DNA of 64,000 nt from Craspedostauros australis (taxonomy: Eukaryota). The notes beneath the pieces were generated by a model. The model made no database searches. It saw nothing but the letters and a program-made list of their open reading frames with translations, and was not told the origin of the DNA. The stretch spans positions 1-64,000 of the forward strand of contig JALAGF010000323.1 in assembly GCA_030167865.1 (NCBI GenBank), given 5' to 3'. This document shows positions 60,254-64,000 of the stretch, in pieces. Position 1 is the first letter of the stretch, and every line of letters begins with the position of its first letter. A program made the position numbers and the translations under genes.

Positions 60254-63200
60254 ATGGCCTCCGCTGCATCAAAATGGCAGAATGCCCTCAAGATGGCGAC
60301 GGCCAAAGCGACGGGTGGCAAGTCAAAAGCCAACAGTACAGTGTCCAACGATAGCAACGCAAGCAACACAGGCAACACAGGCAACACAGGCAACACTAGC
60401 AACACTGGCAACAATGACGCTGCCTCACCTTCCCAAGGAAACAGCGATGCTGGAACTGGAGGTAGGTCTCAACAAGCAGCCTCAGGAACGGACAGCAACA
60501 CCACCGACACCACTCACAACAACAGCAACAACAGCAACAACAACTCAGGCGAACGAAGCGTCAAGATGAAGTGGCAGAACGCATTTAAGAAAGCAAGCTC
60601 CAAGGCTTCTGGTGTCATGGCAGCTGCCGCAGCAGCCACTGCCACCGCCGCCTCCGCAGCTGCAACATCGGTTACCAGCGTCCACACGAGCAGTGTAGCC
60701 AGCGCTGCGAGTCGCAAGGAATCGGTCAGCGACGCCAAGCGTGCCAAAGCATCGCCATCTACAACCGCGACGGCCACCACTGCATCGGCTGCTCAGCAGA
60801 CCAGTGCACAACAATCGCGATCACAGGCAGGTACACAGGCACAAACAGAACAGACGCCCAAGGCATCAGGGAACAAGAAGCGTCTGTCATCATTATTCCT
60901 GCGCAAAAGGATGAGCGTTAGGCGCAGCGGTACTGGCCGAAGCAGCACTCTCAATCCAAACTCATCATCCGGTCCGGGCGGTGACAATGCCAAGCAGTCG
61001 CGCGCTCAGGCCGTCATGGAAAAGATCCTCATGGCCAAGAATGAACTGCAAACCAGCGTCGGCGATGCGGCCAACCAGATGATGTCCTCCAAAGGCAATG
61101 GAACCGGCCCTATTGGTACGACCACCTCCAAAGAACGCCGCTCCAAACCGGTGTCAGCCAATTCATTGGACCCCAGCCCCGGCTTTCAGCAATTTCATGG
61201 AAAGTGGCAGACCACCAAAAGCACGGAGTCTTCCACGTCTGCGTCATCACCGTCGAACGCAACGACCAAATCGAGCATCACGAGTCCCGTCAAACAACTC
61301 TTTGGGTCGCTATCCTTCGAGAGCAAGGGCGACACTGACGGCGCGGCGTCGGGCACACCGACCAAAACTGCCGATGGCACCGCTGCCGTTGATACGGACG
61401 GTGAATCAACGAAGCCTGAGAAGAAGCTTTCCAACGAGCAGATGCTCAAAATGAAGGCCAAACAGGCTCTCGTCAGGAAGAAGAAGCGCGACAAAGATGA
61501 ACCTCCGAGCAAGGAGGGGGCGATCTGGAACAAACTGCTACGCACCAGTTTGCGATTAGTCACGGCCAAACGACGCGTCATGGCCAAGCGCGTCAAGCTG
61601 CACAATGTGTGGGGCAAGAGTTTGGAGGACGACGAAGCGGAGTTCACCCCACCCGTCTATCCGAAGTCAAAGGAGGACTGCGACATGATCCGTCACGTCA
61701 TGACGCAAAATTTCGTCTTCGACAACCTCGTGCCCAAAGAGACCGAGGCCATGGTCAATGCCTTCGAAATGATTGAGTACCAACCAAAGACCACCATCGT
61801 CGAGCAGGGCGAACAGGGATGGTTCTTTTACATCGTCAAGACTGGTAAGATCGAGCTCGTCATCAATGGCGAGCTGGTCGGCACGGCGACCAACGGCAAC
61901 TCCTTCGGCGAACTGGCGTTGCTCTACTCCTGTCCTCGTGCTGCCTCCGTCCGTGTCGCGGACAACCACGATGAGCCCACCGTGCTGTTCCGCGTCTACC
62001 AAATGAGCTTCCGCCACTTGCTCCGCGCCCAGCTGAAGCAGTCCATGACGGATCGAATGAATATGCTGCGCAGCGTCCATTTCTTCAAGGACTTGCAAGA
62101 GGCCGACCTCATGCAGCTTGGTGCCGCCATGTTGCCACATGTGTTCCGGAAGGGTGATGACATCATGAAGGGCAACGCGACACCATTCTGCCTGATCCAG
62201 GAAGGTGAAGTCATCGCTCGCGATATTAAGATCGGTGAACAAGCCGTCGAGGACGTGCATATTGGACCGGGACAGCATTTCGGAGAAGACTCCTTGTCGA
62301 AGATTGGCACATCGGTCAAGGCCAGCACCATGACTGCGTTGTCGACAGGTGTGGCATTCACCATCGATCGAGACACATTTGAAAAAGTGTTCGGTGATAT
62401 CAGCCGTCTGGCCATCAAAACGTTGCACAAGCAAAGGCTGGAGGAAGTCGCCACAATACGGAATTCCAATCTCACCGAGTCAGAACTCGACACGCTCTCC
62501 AGGCAAGTCGAGGACAAGACCTTCGGCGCACGGCGTGTGCTGTTCACTCGAGGTTCCATCTGCACGCCTGCATTGTATCTAGTCGAGAAGGGCTCCGTCA
62601 AGCTCATTCAGAAGGACGGCACGGAAGAGATCGTCAAGGAGGGTGGTTGCTTCGGCGAAGATTTCTTCTCGATGGATACCAGCAAGCCAATGGTGAAGGC
62701 CAAGTTCACCGCGCTGACGTTGGAGCAGACCACGTGCGGGATACTGACGATCCGCGAATGTCGGTTGGTTATGGGCGAGCAACGTATGAATGCGATCGCC
62801 GGAGCGACAGGAGCATCCATTGCCGGCAGCAGCACAGAGCAGGAGCACGCACTCTCCATTGACGACTTCGCACGTCATCGCATTTTGGGTACCGGACTGT
62901 TTGGCAAAGTTTGGCTGGTATCCAAGAAGAAGAACGACATCGGCATCTTGGCACACGCGGAGGGTGATGACGACCAGCTGCAGGAATCCAAGATCGATAT
63001 CGATATCGAAGATAGATCGTCATCTTCCGCAATCAAGGATGACGAATTCTACGCCCTCAAGGTCCAATCCACCCAAAAATCCGTCCGACCCAATGCCACC
63101 AAGCTTATCCGATGTGAAATCAAGGTCATGAAGAGGTTGCAGCACCCCTTCGTGATCCGGTTGCTCCACGTCTTCCCAGAACCTGACGCGATATCCATGC

Positions 63201-64000
63201 TGATGAGCGTCGCGCCTGGCGGCGAGCTGTTTGATATCATCCACCAGGAAGATGAGAATGGGAATTGGGCGTCGGGCATTGGCGAGATCGGAAAGTTCTA
63301 CGCCATGGTCATCGCCGATACACTGGCCTTCATGCATCGTCGGCACTACGTCTACCGCGATTTGAAGCCTGAGAATGTGCTGATAGACTCTGATGGGTAT
63401 CCCGTGATTACGGACTTCGGATTCAGTAAGTTGTCACCTGTGCGCATGCACGGATGCTTGTTGTGCTGTATTCCACGTTCCACATTCCACCAAATGCACA
63501 CGCTATTGACATGGTCGTGCTGGTGCTGCTGTTGCTATGTTGCTGCAATGGGCAGTCTCGGTGACATATTGACAACAACAGAGTATTCTCACCTTGTCCT
63601 TCTTCATTCTCAATTTGCGTCTTGGTGTGTCCCCCCACCCGTTCCAAATGCGCTTGCGTAATATTGCCACGGCAATCAATACCCTCGTTGTAATTGTCAA
63701 CGGCAACGGCAACGGCAACGGCAACGAGAACAGCCAAGAAGGTGACCGACAAAACGTACACCTTCTGCGGCACGCCCAACTACTTGCCACCCGAGATCAT
63801 TCTGAACCGTGGGCATGACGTGACTGCCGACAATTGGTGTTTGGGTGTTTTGATATACGAATTGATCGAGGGTGAGAATCCGTTCTTCGAGTCCGGCATG
63901 AATCAGATGACGTTGTACGAAACGATCTGCAAGGAGCCTCATTACCCGTTGCCTGAGGACTCGGTGTCAGAAGATGCGCGCGATTTGGTGAACCGCCTGC
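60254..64000 (+). CDS. Cyclic-nucleotide-dependent protein kinase (PKG-like architecture: 3 cNMP-binding domains + AGC kinase), truncated by window end; exons 60254-63425 and 63734->64000
   Basis: 'FGELALLYSCPRAASV'; kinase motifs 'LGTGLFGKVWLV', 'YALK', 'YRDLKPEN', 'DFGF'. Intron 63426-63733 (GTAAGT...CAG) continues into 'TKKVTDKTYTFCGTPNYLPPEIILNRGH...ADNWCLGVLIYE'. Confidence 0.92.
63699..63726. repeat. (aacggc)n microsatellite at the 3' end of the kinase intron
   Basis: aacggc aacggc aacggc aacggc aacg, directly upstream of the acceptor. Confidence 0.8.

Overview
Gene-dense eukaryotic nuclear DNA, very probably from a diatom. Evidence: GT-AG introns, bipartite signal peptide + ASAF(AP)-type plastid presequences, an RxL/SMSMS secreted protein and an HSF-type transcription factor. 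I could reconstruct 15 genes and 16 frame-consistent introns of 180-694 nt. The genes are syntaxin-5, UTP21, a plastid membrane protein, SF3A3/PRP9, two tandem giant plastid-targeted repeat proteins, an HSF-domain protein, mercaptopyruvate sulfurtransferase, DnaJ, an RxL/mucin-like type-I membrane protein, a GT31 galactosyltransferase, CTR9, an EEVS-type sugar-phosphate cyclase, glyoxylate reductase and a cNMP-regulated kinase (truncated at the window end). The standout is the tandem pair at 13462-31014 (~3971 aa and ~1228 aa). Both have a plastid presequence, two cathepsin-propeptide (I29)-like helical domains, a long disordered array of short motifs (38x NPFSAWSP in one, 10+x RGTQVIQRA in the other) and C-terminal W-x-QN-x-DG-S/T-I/V-TG...TTS...GS-x-Y-x-L domains that I recognise from memory as the diatom pyrenoid-shell (PyShell) beta-fold. 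Their promoters carry clustered TGACGT/ACGTCA (CCRE-like) elements. The pair is a candidate Rubisco-matrix-to-shell tethering system of the pyrenoid; this is inference and no database search was run. No rRNA, tRNA, CRISPR or transposon could be supported.
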